The position numbers and the translations under genes are program-made. Under the pieces are notes generated by a model. It was not told the origin of the DNA, made no database searches, and saw nothing but the letters and a program-made list of their open reading frames with translations. From Ramazzottius varieornatus (Eukaryota > Animalia > Tardigrada), in NCBI GenBank assembly GCA_001949185.1, contig BDGG01000020.1:124001-188000 (forward strand): a stretch of 64,000 bases of DNA, given 5' to 3'. The first letter of the stretch is position 1, and each line of letters opens with the position of its first letter. Shown here one piece after another: positions 1 to 12,516 of this stretch.

Positions 1-2192
1 TTCTGCAGAACCTGTCAACAGAACTGGCTGGTTAAAAGGTAGACCGGGTGAGAATAACATTTCGTACTTTGTAGTCGTTGGATGAATGTAGCAGGTGTTT
101 CAAGATGCATTTTAGGAGGCCATACTGGACGTCAAGTGGGTGTTGTTCGTCTTCATCTTCGTTCTTGACGCTTTTCTGTAACGACTGGGCGATTTCAATG
201 TCTCCTAGGGTCGCCAAGTCGTCGAACTTTTGCTGGACTTCTTCTAGGGTGGCGATGGTCGGAGGAACGTTCCGGCCAAAGTCGTGAGGAATCACGGTGT
301 AGAACTGGCTGGAGAGCTGGGCCAAGTTGCCCTCACCACTTTGTATCCTAGAGAAAGCAACAACATTTAAAGTAACCAGCGAAATAATTAAATTTTAGTT
401 GTAATATGATTACTCACGCTTTTTCGATGTCTTCCAGTGCTGTGAAGCCTTTAGCAATTTGGGCTTTGCTGAGCTTTCCTAATGGCATTTTCTTCGTATC
501 CAACCTCAGCTTAAAATGCGACAACTTGCTATTACAGTCCGGTCGATCGAAATCTGGTACCTATTTCTCCGATTTTGTTTTGAAGTCTGCTATACATTCG
601 CCATACAGCACGACAAGCCAAGGCCGAAATTACGTTACACATAAATGACACCGTAGCTTTACTGTTGTGGTCAAGTAATCAACCCGCATGTGGACCGGCT
701 GTGTTGGTATGGCTCGCAGTATCGTTAATTTTGCATGATTTCTTTATTTTGAAATCGCAAAATTAGGTACCAGATTTCGAGCGACCGGACTATATCATTC
801 CACACCTGGAAATTTAGCGCCATTCAACATATCAGAAAGGTACAGTACCTCTTTCATGGTGCCTTGAAACATGTCCGTGTCGAAAATCAACTGAACCAAT
901 TTCTGCGTGACTTCGTCGAGCGAACATTTGACGGACGACTTCGCCGTCTAAGCGATAAAACGCAGCCAGATGAAAGTCGTCTTAGAAATAATGCATTTCC
1001 ATGTGTGAGGTAGTTGATGATATGTGTGGTAGAAAAAGAAAGAAGCGATTACCTTCTTCGGCGTTTCGACAACTGCGCCAACAGCATCTGCAGGTTCCTC
1101 GTCTTCTTCGTCAGCTGCTGCCATCTCCAGCATCTGGTACTTTTTGGGCTTGATCTCAAAGTTGTCACGGTCCGTCCAAGCGTTCCCTGTCTTGTCCTTG
1201 AACTTCTTCTCGAAGAAACTCATGGCAGCTTTTAAAGCGAAGGGTCCCTCGAAACTACACTGTCCGGGCTCCGACTAAAATGAGCAGACGTGTACGAATA
1301 ATTATTGCTCGCATATTGTTTCAAAAATCTGTGAATGTAAACCGTGAGACGGAAACTTACAACACGCCCCCACTTTGTGAAGACGTCGTACTGTCCATCG
1401 TGCCTTTCCAGGAGTTGACCCACGTAGAACTTGTTGTTGTTGTGTCCAATGTTGGTTTGGTTCAACATGAAAGAACAGTCTTCGTGGACCTACGGGCAAA
1501 AAACATCGTTGTCCAGATTGCAGCGTGTAAGATCGCGAAGACTTCTTTTTCTTACCTGCTCATACGTCAAGGGGGCTTCGAACTGAACGCGATCATCGAT
1601 CTTGTATGTCATTTTCTTACATTTCGATCCACCGGAAGTTGCTGCTTTGTTGTCGGGAACCCCGCTTTTGGAGCATTGAAGGTGATCGATCGCTTGTTGG
1701 AACGTGCTCTTGTTGGTCGAACCTTTGGGAGTTGTTTTCTTCGCTGGAGGACTTTCGTCTTCTTCTTCCTCCCTATCTTCTTCCCTAACTTTACCATCTG
1801 CAAACCACAAGAAAATCAAACGCACAAAAAATCAGCTCGACCATGATAATTTCAGTGCATCCAGTCAAAGTGAGCCCCTTCACACACGCGTCATGCGCAG
1901 CACTTCAAACCCTAAACGCTGCAGTAACTCGGTACGTAACCAATACTAACTGTGGTTTTCGGGCAAGCTCACGAACTTAAAACCAGGAAGTGATGTACGT
2001 ATACGGATTCTTGCCTGCTTGGTCTGGAGACTCGTCATTCCCGCGTAGACGTTGGATAAGATCGGCCTTCCTACCGCTGGTGTCCATCTTTCGTGACATC
2101 AGCTCTTCCTTCAGCTGGGCGACCGTCATTCCTTCCCAGTCGTCATCCGTCGGTTCCTCCTTCACCTTCGATGGAGCTTTTCTCTTACCCAT
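1..2192 (-). CDS. PARP2/PARP3-like poly(ADP-ribose) polymerase with N-terminal SAP domain; multi-exon, 3' end (catalytic domain) lies off the left edge of the window
   Basis: ATG at 2192. Exon 1 has SAP motif MTVAQLKEELMSRKMDTSGRKADLIQRL. WGR domain MLNQTNIGHNNNKFY...KWGRV and FFEKKFKDKTGNAW...KPKKY. Regulatory domain LDTKKMPLGKLSKAQI...LSSQFYTVIPHDFGRNVPP...LGDIEIAQ. Phase-compatible splice sites where checked. Confidence 0.92.
535..792. mobile_element. Tc1/mariner-type MITE in a PARP intron
   Basis: Terminal inverted repeats cagtccggtcgatcgaaatctggtacct / aggtaccagatttcgagcgaccggact, flanked by TA. Confidence 0.75.
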
Positions 2193-2806
2193 GCTTGAAT
2201 TCCGAATTTGCAAACCTACGCACACCAAACACAAGAAAACCGACAGCTACCACATCTACCCAGAAATGTTTGAAGAGAGTGCAGCTTTCAAGTTTGAAGC
2301 TTTCGCCTCAGCTTATGAGAGAGTGACTCGGCGCATCCAGCGGACTCATCGTTTTCAACACCGTTGAGGTTTTTGTGGAAACAAGTTCCGACAAGCACAA
2401 ACGCGATCCGACGAACAGTACACGGTGGGTGGAGACTGGCGAGGCCTGCTTTGGAATGATATCATCCATATGACGTAATTGCGGCTTTATCATCAGAGCT
2501 GCCGACAGCGCTTGTTGTGGTTTTGGCGAGCCGTGCAGTCACCGTGGTTATGACTTCAGAAGTTCGACCTCTTGACAGCTCGCCCGGGGCTCAGGATTCA
2601 AGAAGGGCGCGCCAAGGTTAGTAGCATTGTAGTTTTGTGGAAAGATAAGCATTCAAGAGGCAGTCTACTGGAATAACTAGATACAGGGATCTCGCTTGAT
2701 TGCTCTTGAATTGATCTGTCACCGGAACTGGGTCGAAATGCGAAAATCTTCATCTGGTATTTTCTGCAGGTAGATTTGGCATTGTGGTATTCCCGAAGCG
2801 CGAAGC

Positions 2807-4800
2807 ATGGTGAAGAACAAAAAGTCCAGTGATGTCAGTCCAAGGGAGGAGGTTGTTAAAAGCAATGGCAGGAGGAGCAGAACGAAAACGCCGAAGTCGC
2901 TGCGGGACTTTAAGCATCTGATCGTTGATTGGACTACCGGCTTGATTGCCGCATTGGAGCAACCACGCGCGACACTCCGCTTTTCACGGCTTCTTCTCGT
3001 CTTTGAATTCTTCCTCTGCGCGTTCATCATTCGGCATGTAAACTACACGGAAATCGACTGGGAAGCCTACATGCAAGAAGTGGAAGGCTTTCTGAACGGC
3101 ACGTTGGATTACCGTTTGCTCGAAGGTAGCACTGGACGTAAGTGGCTAAATGAGCGTGCTCGATCAGTAACCTTGTAAATGTGTCGTCATGCACCAGTTG
3201 CTAAAACAGTTGGTATTGCTGTCCTGACGTCACATAAACAAACAGTTTGAGTGTATATGCGAGATACAGTCGTCGACTTTGCGATGAGGTCGTGCGCGAA
3301 CTGGCGAAATCCAAATGCTGGCTTGATTTTGCCTTTGAATATCTGACTGTGTCCTTCCAGCTCTCGTCTATCCGGGTGGATTCGTGTACATCTTCAGCGC
3401 TTTCTACTACCTCACCGACAATGGAAAGGACATTCGGACAGCTCAATGGATTTTCAGCGCCGTCTATTTGCTCACCCTCGTTCTGGTATTTCGTTTGTAC
3501 CACAAGAGCCAAAGAATCCCTCCTCACGTTCTCTTCCTGATGTGCGGTCTTTCCTACCGTATCCACTCCATATTTGTCTTGCGCATGTTCAACGACTGCA
3601 TAGCCATGCTCTTGCTCTATGCATCAGCAAATCTTTTCGTCGATAACTGGTGGCTAATAGGTGACTTCAAGCCGTTGTCGCCGAATTCCACTCAGCACTA
3701 TTTCCAAACTGATTCTAAGATTGTTGTTTCTGTTCGACAGGTTGCCTCCTATTCAGTGCCGCCGTGTCCGTCAAGATGTCAGTCCTTCTCTTCGCACCCG
3801 CTCTGCTGTTCCTTCTTTTACAGCAAGGATACAGGACGACGTTGAAAGGATTGAGTATTTGTGGGGGACTCCAGCTCGTCCTGGGTGCACCGTTTCTCCT
3901 GACGAACCCTCGGTCGTACATAGAGAGGTCGTTCGACCTGAAGCGACAATTCTTCTACAAGTGGACAGTCAATTGGAGGTTCCTGGAAGAGGAAGTCTTT
4001 CTCGATCGCACATTTCACATCGGGCTGCTTGTAATCCATTTAGGGTTACTGGTGGCGTTTCTTTGGAAAATATGGCTGCCGTTGAGGTGCGCTCATTTTT
4101 TTATCATGTTCTACAGATTTTATTTTCTATTATTTTCCTATTGTAAGTTTATAGCAGTCTTTTCTTGCAGGAAGTTTGTTCTCCAAAGAGACTTTCAAGG
4201 CGTCAACGCCAAGCTGCTCACTCTGTTTAGCTGCAACTTGATCGGCATTGCCTGCAGTCGTTCTCTTCATTACCAGTTCTACGTCTGGTACTTTCACACG
4301 CTGCATTTCCTTTTATGGATCCTACCCATGCAGAACGCCGCTCGAATCCTCCTCCTCGGTAATGTTCTAGATGATAAGAGGCTCCATGATACAGGACCTA
4401 GGCAAACGAACCCTACAAGATTGTGGTTCGAAGTAGCACCCGCTTTCGGCTAACAAGACTGGCAATGAGCGCCACTGGGGGAAAACTCGATAAGATCGTT
4501 TCCCAGGTGGCGCACGGTCTCAGCCTGTGACACCGTAATTGTGCGCCACTTGAAAAACGATCTTGTCGGGTTTCTTTGCTGAATTCCCATACTAGTTTTG
4601 ATTCAAAATCGGTGTTCTTCTTAGGGATGATAGAGTACAGCTGGAACACGTATCCTTCGACGTCGCTGAGCAGCTGGGTCCTGCTTCTTGCTCACGCCTC
4701 CATTCTTCTCAACCTCTTTCGATTTTCCAGAAATACCAGAGATCTTCTTTCCGGCGATCAGTCGGTGCATAGTGTGAAAAGTAGCGTCAAAGCTCGCTGA
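2807..4800 (+). CDS. ALG3: Dol-P-Man:Man5GlcNAc2-PP-Dol alpha-1,3-mannosyltransferase; exons 2807-3137, 3361-3660, 3741-4086, 4171-4358, 4625-4800
   Basis: Motifs VNYTEIDWEAYMQEV, GPLVYPGGF (joined across intron 1), RIHSIFVLRMFND, SVKMSVLLFAP, SRSLHYQFYVWYFH, WNTYPST. GT-AG junctions keep the frame. Confidence 0.96.
4486..4575. repeat. ~90-bp hairpin (CAAGTGGCGCAC family) mini-MITE; related copies at ~5925-6015, ~16590-16680 and ~34935-35025
   Basis: Self-complementary arms aagatcgtttcccaggtggcgcac / gtgcgccacttgaaaaacgatctt. The same core recurs at three other sites. Confidence 0.7.
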
Positions 4801-6417
4801 GGTTGTGTTGTTGAGTTTCCCCATATTCTTTCCCTGTTGATCTATTCGCAAAGTGCCTTCTTGTTTTACTCCTTGGTTTGGATTTCTTTTATCCCTGCGA
4901 CAGCCTAAAGACGGACAAAAAATGTTTCGGTTTCATCGCGATGTCGACTCAGCATGTATCGGTCCGAAAGCGCTGAGTATACGCGTATCGTATGAATGAA
5001 AAGCGTGCAAGATACAAGTAGCGTACTGTACTCCTGATGACGGTATTCATTTGACGTGGAGGTCGCTGTTCAATCGGATCGCTCAAACGTTTGGATTGAT
5101 TGCTGTGACTTGGAGGGACCTACCCGAAAACCTGAAGTTGTCCATGCTTCGTTTTCAAGATTTTCTGAGCCACAGATGACCAATCATGACTTAGTCATAA
5201 AGAACCTCGTGTTCTGGCAGTTGGAGTTTCTCAGTTTCCAAGTATGGATCCCGAAAACCCCCAATCGGACGGCAACTTCGCGATCCCTGCCAATGAAAGC
5301 AATCTGTTGCTGCAGCCGTTTCGCTGTGAAGTTGGCTTGTGTATTCGCACCTACTTTTTCGTTGTTCCTGTCGTGATAGTCGTATCTTGTTTGACCTATG
5401 CTGGAGCTCAACCAAGTCGGAATTTCCCTTGTGTGACAAACAAAATTCGTCGGAATGGGACTCGTTCGATTCCACTCTCTCGGTTTCAGTAGTACAATAG
5501 ACACCGTCTGCATGCTCATTTTGAGCATGGCCTCGTAGGCCAAGACCGAGTTTGCGGAACTTCGGTCGTTCTTCACTCCGCTCTTATCTTCGAGCACCTG
5601 CTACTGACGGTCCTATTGTCGGTGCGCGATATTAGATTGACCATCGGCGTCACTTTACAGTACGGACTTGATCAAACCGCGGTCTCGGGGTACCTCGTGG
5701 ATAGCAGCTATGCATTTACGATGGCAGCGGTGGGTTCTACCGTATTACCGTATGGGGAAGGTGCCGAAAGTCTCTGAGCGAATGCATCCATCGACCTGGA
5801 AAACGCGAATCTATGACGAAAAGCGGACTAGTGGTCTGATCGGAATGCGCAAGTTTTGACTATTACGATTTTGTATGCTTTGCTTTGTCGAGAAGCCTCT
5901 TGAAATTTCAGCCAACATACAGTACTCGACCAGATCTTCCCAAGTGGCGCACAATTTTCGGGATGTCTGCTGGAGGAGTGCGCTACTTGGGAAAAACGAT
6001 CTTGTTGAGTTTGATTTTGCCCAAATGGCGTACGAGTCTACCCAATAACACCGGAAAAGGGCGCCGCTTGTAGAGACAGTCCTGCGGACTGCGTTTGCCG
6101 AGCTTTTGCCTACGGCACCACGGACACTTGATGACTAGTGATCATGTCGATTCGCCATGATGGTGCAGGGTTATGTTCTTCATACTGTTTCGAACTTTTC
6201 GAATCACTCGGAACTGGAAGAACATCCTATTCCCGCAGAAGCATATGCCGAAGGAAGCTCGAGAATGAGATTTGGTCTGCTCATTCTGCGGTTGGCACAT
6301 CGGATAAGGGCTGGCTCGCACTATTCTGTCAACAGCGGCAATGTCCACGGATTTGTGTAATTTCTTCCCACACCGTCAGCCGTACAACTACGGCTAATCA
6401 AAAATAAAAGGTCATCA

Positions 6418-8153
6418 TCAAGAAGGTATACTGTACAAGTAAGCACCATTTTGATCATAAAAAGCGTTGCCTTTACGGTACACCGTCGAAGCTGGTCGAT
6501 CGTCTTTTCGTATCTTTATATCGTTCGCTTCTTCATCGTGACTCAAAGTCCTGACTTCACGCCGAGGTGTCTTCCAGTCCTTGAATTGCCGTCTTAGACT
6601 CCTGAACCGAGGAACTTGGCTGTCAATCGGCTCTTCTTGCTCACCGCCCTTCCATTTAGGCGGCTGGACCTGACGAGCCACTTTATTCTCTTTCTGAGCT
6701 GCGATAGTTTGCAGCCTCGTCGTTATGCTCGGTTTGGCTGCTGCTTCGCTCTCTTCGAACCACTTCCTGTACGCTTCTCCCATCACACTTTCGTTTCCAA
6801 ACTTGTCCGGTTTGTCCAGTCGAGCTAGTAGCCTTTCTTTGGCAACCTCGTGACTTACTTTCCCAGGCGGAACCACTCTCCGACCGGAAGTCCTCATACG
6901 CATGTCCATCTCGTCTTCCCCTTCTTCGTCTTCGTCGAACACCACCTCAGCTCCTTTATAGTTCGATACGGGTTTATTATTTGATATGTACCGGTCGAAG
7001 CCCGGTGCATTCGGCTCGTAACTGTACCGCGCTACAGAGGCCTGCGCCGTTGTGAAACTGGTGACATTGGTAAAGGCCGTGCCGACACGGCCCTCAGTGT
7101 TACCCATCCGAACCGTGCCTTGCTGCCTCGAACTGGATACTAGCTGATTGGATTGACTTAGCTTGCTGTTCTGAGCGTTATCTTTATCCATTTTCGAGAG
7201 TTTTTTCGCTTCTTCTCGCTGAAGGTAGGTCGTTAACAGTCTTCCAACCGGGCCTAAAGGTGGAGGAGGAAGCACGATGGGTTGAGGAGGTAGCGGTATG
7301 CCAGGAAATGAGGGCTGGACACCGGACGGAGACGCCAAGGCCAACGTTCCCGCTGCGTACGCTTCGCGTTGTTCTTGCGAGACAATATCCCCTCCTTTTC
7401 CACTCTTCAACGCCTTCCACCGCTCCGCTACCAGTCTATCCTGCTCCGCTACCTCTTCGGGGTCAGGTGGTATTAGCCGAGGCTTGCGATGTTTCCGTAA
7501 GACCCGTCGGACGTCCACGACGGAGAGAGGGAAGGCCGTGGAGAGTCGATGTGGCGTCCATGTTTCCGGGTCAGTTCGGTGAAGGTACAGGAGCTGTTCC
7601 TTGGCTGCGTAGGTGAGCAACGAAGGGTTAGGAGGACCTTCTTCCTCTTGACGACGATACTTGATCCGTTCCCACTGATGACGAGCCATGCGCTTAGGTT
7701 CTTCTCGTTGTAAAGCCGCATGGGTGTCGTTATCGTCCTCGTCTTCCCGTAAGGGATGAAATTCTTTGGGCACGCGAATCTGGAGCCGCTTTTCTTCACT
7801 ATGTACACCTGGAAATACGTCGAGCAACGACTAGTGGAAAGAACACATGACAGATCTCGATGAGAAAGACGTTTTACATATTATCGACAGACACTGAGAC
7901 TACTTCCGGTAGCTTATCGTCATCGACTTTGGTGAAGTTTCAACCCAGAGCGTGGATCGTAGTGACGTCATTCGTCATTAGAAACGAAATAGCTAGTAAA
8001 CTTACCGACGGGTTCCAGTCGTGCAACAGGCTCACGAAGCGATCGGCTGTACTGATGGGCGTTCTGGGGTCCTATGCTAGATGGTTTCGCAATTCTGAGT
8101 AAAGACGGGTAACGGGAAGACAGCCGAAGGGTGATTTCCAGAGCGACGATCAT
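6418..8153 (-). CDS. NGRN: Neugrin-like mitochondrial protein (512 aa); exons 8153-8006 and 7808-6418
   Basis: LTYAAKEQLLYLHRTDPETWTPHRLSTAFPLSVVDVRRVLR resembles the neugrin core (LTxxAxEQxxYLH...W.x.RL...F.xSxDVxRRVL). Exon 1 is an R/S-rich transit-peptide-like segment. Phase-1 GT-AG intron 7809-8005. Confidence 0.75.
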
Positions 8154-8405
8154 TCCAGCCGCATTCAGCGATAGAAAGTGCAGCCGAATTTCAACACAGC
8201 CCAAGCCTCCGATACATTCGGAGTCCACACTCCAGACTGGTCCAAGTTAGTACGCAAAGAGCTCCAAAGCGGCGTACTGAAGGGTCTTCCACTTACACCA
8301 CACCCGAAAGGAGAATGAGGTACAAACATACGAACCGACCGGAAGAAAATAATTCAAGAAAACCGAACAGAGGAGAAACGCTGTTTGCTTCTGCGAGCTA
8401 CAAAC

Positions 8406-8638
8406 CAGTGGTATTTTAATCATTAAAATAGGGAATCGATTTTAATAATTAAAATCGTTTCAATTGTGCGGGGTTGGTGTTCGGTTGATTGATTGATCCA
8501 TAATAGGAATTCGAATTCTAATTTTAATAATTAAAATTCATCAGCGATAATTGATTTTACTTGCAGTCAGCTGATCACATAGACTTAACATTAGCACGTG
8601 ACTTTCAATAATTTTAATTGCATAGTAGAATAACACTG
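8406..8638. mobile_element. hAT-like MITE
   Basis: TIRs cagtggtatttta / tagaataacactg. Perfect 8-bp TSD ctacaaac at 8398-8405 and 8639-8646. Confidence 0.85.
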
Positions 8639-8719
8639 CTACAAACAGCTATAAATGACGAGTTGCAATCAAGAATCAATAGGAACAGCCCTTGCAGTCG
8701 CAGCAGGGAGACTAGAGGG

Positions 8720-11700
8720 TAGTGATGTTCTAATATGGGTTAATGAGATCTAATATAATAAAAATAAATATCCGCCGTCAATCAAAGTTCTAATAAATGA
8801 TCACTACTATAGTAGAACGTCTACCTGATTTACTAAGATTTTACTATAGTAAAACTTTCGGGGGTTTGTTATTAAAATATATATATCAATATCGGAGAGC
8901 TCGACGGAAGATATCAAGATTCAGAATCACAACCATCAGATCGGCAAAAATACTGTAGTACAGCTTGCACCCTGCAACATGGCCGGTTAAGTGTCAGACT
9001 GTATGCAGGTGCACGATGTTTAAGGGTACGAGGGAGAGGTTATCGAGTGGGCCACATCATTTATGGGTTTATGGACCGGGCCACCGCAAAAATAGCTTTG
9101 GTATAGGGTGGCACCACACACAATGCGCTTGTTCAACTGGGGGTTCGAGCTACACCGCAGGTTTAGATTTGTGGTACGTTGCTTACGGTCCAGCTTTACG
9201 CTGCAAATGATTTCAATAATCTCAACGGAAGGGTTTGTTTTACACCAGACTTCTTTACCCCAACTTCACATAAGACTAGAACTATCGCAAAGGCATCTGA
9301 GAGGTAAAAGAACTGAGATTCGACCGTAAAATCGGATTCCACAGAGTTCACGGTAAATTAGGAACACTTTTTCTTCTTATCGGTGCGTTGTTTCTTTTCG
9401 ACAGTCATCCGGGCAGTTTTCTTTCGTGCAATGTACTTTTCTTCTGCCTCTGCAGCTTTTCTTTTGGATGTTCGAACGGCTTTCTTGACTTTCTGTTCGG
9501 TATTGAACTTGTCTCTGGCTTCTTCGTAGGTTTTCCGACGTGATTAGGCATCCAGCTTCTGTCGAAAGATGTTCATTCTTTACTTGACGCTTCTTTGTCG
9601 GTGCCTCGCCAGAGAGTGTCTTCTGAAGCGCTACTGCGGTGACCGTTCCTGCCGTGACTCCCAATTGCTTTGAACGGAGGTACTCTTTAACATCTTCGAG
9701 GTCCTTCTCACCAGTAATGTCGAGTTATTTTCTCACTACCTGCAGCCCACGATCGAAATTTGCTTGCTGGTTTTCGATGGCGGATCCTGATATCTTTCCT
9801 GGACAATTATGAGGCTTGACAGTTCGACGAATGACGTTTAGGCTGAAAGGAAACAGGCCGCATTTCTCGAACCCAGACTTTAGATTGGAACCTACATTGA
9901 AGGCAAATCGAGGTGGACAATCTTGTTCGAAGTACTACAAGCTGACAAGATGAGACAGAATGTTATCTTTTGTCACCTGCAATCAGTACAGATTACAGAC
10001 AAGTAGAACCCACCATAAAAACCAAATACCGCGTTACCATTTCTCCAGGAATAAGACGTCGATGTCGGAAATAATTCTTCCAGGCTTTTTTAACTTGTCC
10101 AAAAACTGAGACATCGAAAGGCTGAAGATGATTTGTCTGCCCAACTGGCAGGAAAAAGATATGCACTTTTATCTTCTTTTCAACGGAGAACTGCTTGCAG
10201 TACTTGGGAAGTAGCTCGTTGTTGACATGAGAGAAGTGGCCGTCGACAGAGATAACATTCTGAAACAACAGAAATAACATGTAAAACAGACTCGGCTCGG
10301 ACGAAACTTGCGGACGACGTCACGGAGCAAAAGTTTGGACCCTTTCTGCCTCAACCTACAATAAAATGAAATTTCCATGACGTCACGTATCGTGCTCATA
10401 TTTTAAAATATCAAGACCGTACTTTGTCCTCTGTCATGGCTGGAAACAAAACTTCTTTGATGTATTCGGCAAACAGCTTTGCATCCATATACCCTGAAGG
10501 ATTAGCAGAATGATAACACATGCCTTTTGTCCCATCCACTCGAGATCTGACATGCGTCTTTCCCGCATACAAAGCCATGAATTTCAGCTGGAGTCCAGCA
10601 GCGTTTCCAGCAGGCAGAATCGTGATAAATTTTTTCTCAGTTCCATCAAACAGACCAAATCTGCTTCGTACCTTTTCGAGCCACTACTCTGTCAAACATC
10701 TCCGAGGTGTTGAGCGCAGTCTCGTTGAGATTCCACACTTGCTCAGCTTTTTGCAGGAATCCTTCGTCAGCTAAATACTGCAACTTCTCTATGTAACTGT
10801 CGCAGAGTTCACTTGTCCACTCTCGGTCTTTCTTAAGGTTGGAGGCATGTGTCACCCGCATCGCCAGATCAGGATTCTTCAGTAGTCTTCGGAAATGCTG
10901 ATTGATGAACGCTGGATGCTTTAATCCTGCCGAGGAATTTGGAGTAAGTACAACACGAACACAAATACAGGATGAGAATCATGAAGGAAAATTTCAACTG
11001 GAAAATACATCAGTGTAATACCAGTGTATAGCTTACCCAGTTGCGTGTTCATCTCAACGATAACCCCTGCACAATGTTGGCGATTCAGAGGAATCCCTAT
11101 GTCAGAGCTGTTGATCAGAAGGTCTGAAAGAGCGTTCTCTTCAGGTGAAGGAATCTTGGTTTTCCCACCGTGACGTCCAGATTGCAGGTTCAGCAAGCGA
11201 CGTTGTAGAGTAGTCCGAGGAATTTCATAGTATTCTGCTGCCTTCCGTCCGCTCCATCCTAGCTTCTGTACGGCATGAACTGCAGCTGCAACCGTTAGCT
11301 GCTTTTGGGCTTCTGCAGCACTGACGAGCTTGGGAGACGACATGCTCGAGATGAAAGAGAGAATGTCCCCAGAAACGATTTCGTATGCTTGTTTTGTAAA
11401 TTTGGCCCCGCTGTACGATTCGGTTTTGCTGGGTAAGTCACTCGGAAAGGCGACAGCAGCGCCTGTTGTGGCCTCTCTACTATTTTATGCTCAGTCTTTT
11501 TAACATGGGATGCGATCAATTTCCAGATGGGGCATCTGATTTTGAGCATCTGAATTTTGCTCTGCTAATTACCTGTGCACAGACATGCAAAAAGATATTC
11601 TCTAGCGTTTCATCGGAAAACTTTACGGAAATTGTGGATAGTTAGCGAAAAAACTGACTGGCCCACTCCATAACTCCAAAGTGGTGTGGCCCATTTGACA

Positions 11701-12062
11701 ACCTCTCCCTCGTGCTTGTTTTAGAGTAGCCCTACTGTGCTGCTGTTGAGGCATCATTATGGTGTGGAGCACTTTATACGGCGTGGCAGTACATCGAGAA
11801 ACCAACGCACACGCATCAGAACTCAGCAAGTCAACCAGTTTTTCGAATAAGCGGTAGCGTTACCCGTACTAAAATATATTTCACTATAGATGATGGACAA
11901 CTTAATAATGATAAAATATCGCACTTCCGGTTTCAAGCTACTAAAATATAGATATTGGAACGCGGTTTCCAATTCTGTTTGCTAACTATTACTAAATACG
12001 GACGCTCAACCCATCTACTATCATCTACTTTAATATGATATTGCTATATTAGAGCATCGCTA
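8720..12062. mobile_element. hAT-like non-autonomous element hosting a nested pogo-like transposon
   Basis: TIRs tagtgatgttctaatat / atattagagcatcgcta (15/17 match). Perfect 8-bp TSD ctagaggg at 8712-8719 and 12063-12070. Confidence 0.85.
9029..11712 (-). mobile_element. pogo/Tigger-like (HTH-psq/CENP-B, DDE_1) DNA transposon with decayed, intron-containing transposase (~9377-11343)
   Basis: ~50-bp TIRs cgagggagaggttatcgagtgggccaca / tgtggcccatttgacaacctctccctcg with TA and TG flanks. HTH SGRKAAEYYEIPRTTLQRRL, VWNLNETAL (first catalytic D changed to N), VDGHFSH, HLQPFDVSVFGQVKKAW. Frameshifts and stops present. Confidence 0.88.
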
Positions 12063-12516
12063 CTAGAGGGTATAGCCACTTTTAATAATACAAAACGCCG
12101 CCGTGCCCGTCGCGATTGCACGCACATGGTTCGTATCATACGAGTGCTGTACGATGGCGTACGTTTCTCTACCACCAAGCACAGCGCACAGACAACGTTG
12201 CCAACAATTTGGGCAAGTTGCACTGAGGGAAGATCTCGGAAGAATATGCCAGACTTCTGTGTGAGTCAGCAGTTTGCGGCAGTATGGAAAGCTCTTTGGC
12301 ACCTGTCCAAAGACTAGGAGCATGTATTAATCAAAGCGATCGAACGATCGCATGCGAGCCCTTGTACGTCACCCTATACAGGCGTCAGGCTTGCTGATAC
12401 GTCACGTTCTGAACAGCCTGTCAAAATTTCAGCCTGATAAACCCAGCTATACTAGAGGAGTTAGAGGAACGCGTACGTACGTCACGCCAGTCTTCCAATG
12501 ATAAAGTTATTGCCGG

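Noticed and set aside
1280-2367. Plus-strand ORFs of 188 and 125 aa
   Set aside because: Antisense shadows of PARP exons.
5056-6407. Possible multi-exon gene between ALG3 and neugrin-like
   Set aside because: Some splice-like sites and an AATAAA at ~6402, but I could not build a consistent frame or recognise a domain.
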